Positions 62,581 to 64,000 of a stretch of DNA of 64,000 bases are shown here, piece by piece. This DNA comes from Raja brachyura. Its lineage: Eukaryota. Position numbers and translations under genes: made by a program. The notes under the pieces are model-generated. The model saw only the letters and a list, made by a program, of their open reading frames with translations. It was not told the origin of the DNA and did not search any database. Numbering within the stretch: position 1 is the stretch's first letter; each line of letters begins with the position of its first letter. The DNA is taken from contig OY740807.1 in the NCBI GenBank assembly GCA_963514005.1, forward strand, positions 1,922,001-1,986,000. Direction: 5' to 3'.

Positions 62581-63494
62581 AATTAAGGAATTAAGGACCC
62601 GAACTATAGGGAGAGGTTGAGCAGGCTAGGACTTCATTTCTTGGAGCGCAGGAAGATGAGGGGTGTTCTTATTGAGTGTATAAGATCATGAGGGCATAAG
62701 TTTGGGTAAATGCATGGTCTTTTACCCAATGTAGAAGAATCAAGAACCAATGGGCATAGGTGTAAGCTGATAGGGGAAAGATGCAATAGGAACCTAAGGA
62801 GTAACACAGATGGTGGTGGGTATATGGAATGAGCTCCCAGAGGAGGTAGTTGAGGTAAGTACAATAACAACAGCCGAGTTACTTCTCCATGGTCAATCTT
62901 TCTTCCCACCCCCTCCCCCCAGTCCCCTCAAGCAATTACCAAACCACCAGGGCAACTTCTTGTTGGTTCATTGTTCCTCCCCGAACACCGGGTTTCACCT
63001 AATGTGTGGGATAGAACTCAGACGGCATCTCTGGAGAAATGGAATAGGTGGCGTTTCGGGTCCAGACTGAAGGGTCGGGTCTGAAGAAGGGTCTCGACCC
63101 AAAACATCACCTATTCCTTTTCTCCAGAGATGCTGTCTGACCCACTGAGTTACTCCAGCTTTTTGTGTCTACCTGCTTTCACCTATCGCATCCCAGTCCC
63201 CGCCTCACCCCTCCTTCCCATCCACTACTTTGGACCAAAGATCCTATAGCAAGCAAGATAGATCACTCGACGAAAAATACTTTTCCAGACCTACTGGAGT
63301 GCTCAATGAATTGGATAAAGAGATGAGGGGCAGGGAGAGAGATGTAGTGCGATTATTGTCACATGTACCGAGTTACAGTGAAACGCTCTGATTTGCAGAC
63401 TGTACAATCAGATCAGATAACACTATACATAAATACAATCATCAAACTCACGTCAAGGAGCAAAGGGGAAAGGTGCAGACTACAGAAACAAACA

Positions 63495-64000
63495 ATTGGT
63501 GATGCTGGTTTACAAATAAAGACAGTGCTGGACACAGCAGGTCAGGCAACATTTCCGGAGAACATTGGTAGGTGATATTTCAGGTCGGGACCCTTCTTCA
63601 GCCTGATTAGGGGTAAGGGAATCGAGAGATATAAAAGGTGATGTTGAGAGATAAAGAACAATGAATAAAAGATATGCAAAAAAAGTAACAATGATAAAGG
63701 AAACAGGCCATGGTAAACTGTTTGTCGGGTGAAAATGAGAAGCTAGTGCGACGGGTGGTGGAGGGGATTCGAGAAATATAAAAGGTGATGTTGAGAGATA
63801 AAGAATGATGAATAAAAGATATTCAAGTTGCGTTTAGCCTCACTCTGACAATGGAGGAGACCGAGGACATTAAGGTCTATGTAGGAATGGGAAGGAGAAT
63901 TAAAGGTGTTCTGCGAAACGATCGCCCGGTCTGCGTTTGGTCTCACCGATGAATAAGAGTCCACATCTTGAACAACGGATACAGTAGACGAGGTTGGAGG
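63495..64000 (-). mobile_element. Penelope-like 3' fragment with hammerhead core at 63574-63601
   Basis: Reverse complement CTGAAGA-AGGGTCCCGACCT-GAAA-TATC. GIY-YIG remnants run off the window end. Confidence 0.85.

Overview
Repeat-dominated vertebrate genomic DNA. The repeat families (CR1 LINEs, HE1/V-SINE-like SINEs, Penelope-like elements) and the Ig gene type point to a cartilaginous fish, probably a skate or ray (inference). The only host gene I can support is one intact immunoglobulin light-chain cluster on the + strand: leader exon 47743-47791, an already joined V-J exon 48174-48533 with no RSS, C exon 49963-50291 and AATAAA at 50559. It encodes 245 aa and resembles the type I / sigma-cart isotype. 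Germline-joined light chains are a known elasmobranch phenomenon. The rest is a nested transposon landscape: CR1 families with different 3' microsatellite tails, two IR-DR Tc1 copies, L1/Tx1, RTE-X-like and divergent CR1-group LINE fragments, and a 6-bp-TSD DNA transposon that has itself taken up a fold-back Penelope and a CR1. About 15 minimal hammerhead-ribozyme motifs occur in Penelope terminal repeats, including a 95-bp solo unit with its own TSD. Other notable signals are a convergent pair of CTCF-like motifs around the Ig cluster, an octamer-less ETS/GC-box promoter, templated inserts at LINE 5' junctions, a 2-kb inversion splitting a CR1, and a three-copy hairpin unit at 9.8-10.5 kb. 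I cannot establish a wholly new biological system from sequence alone. Repeat boundaries are read by eye, and most short ORFs in the track are TE antisense or low-complexity artefacts.
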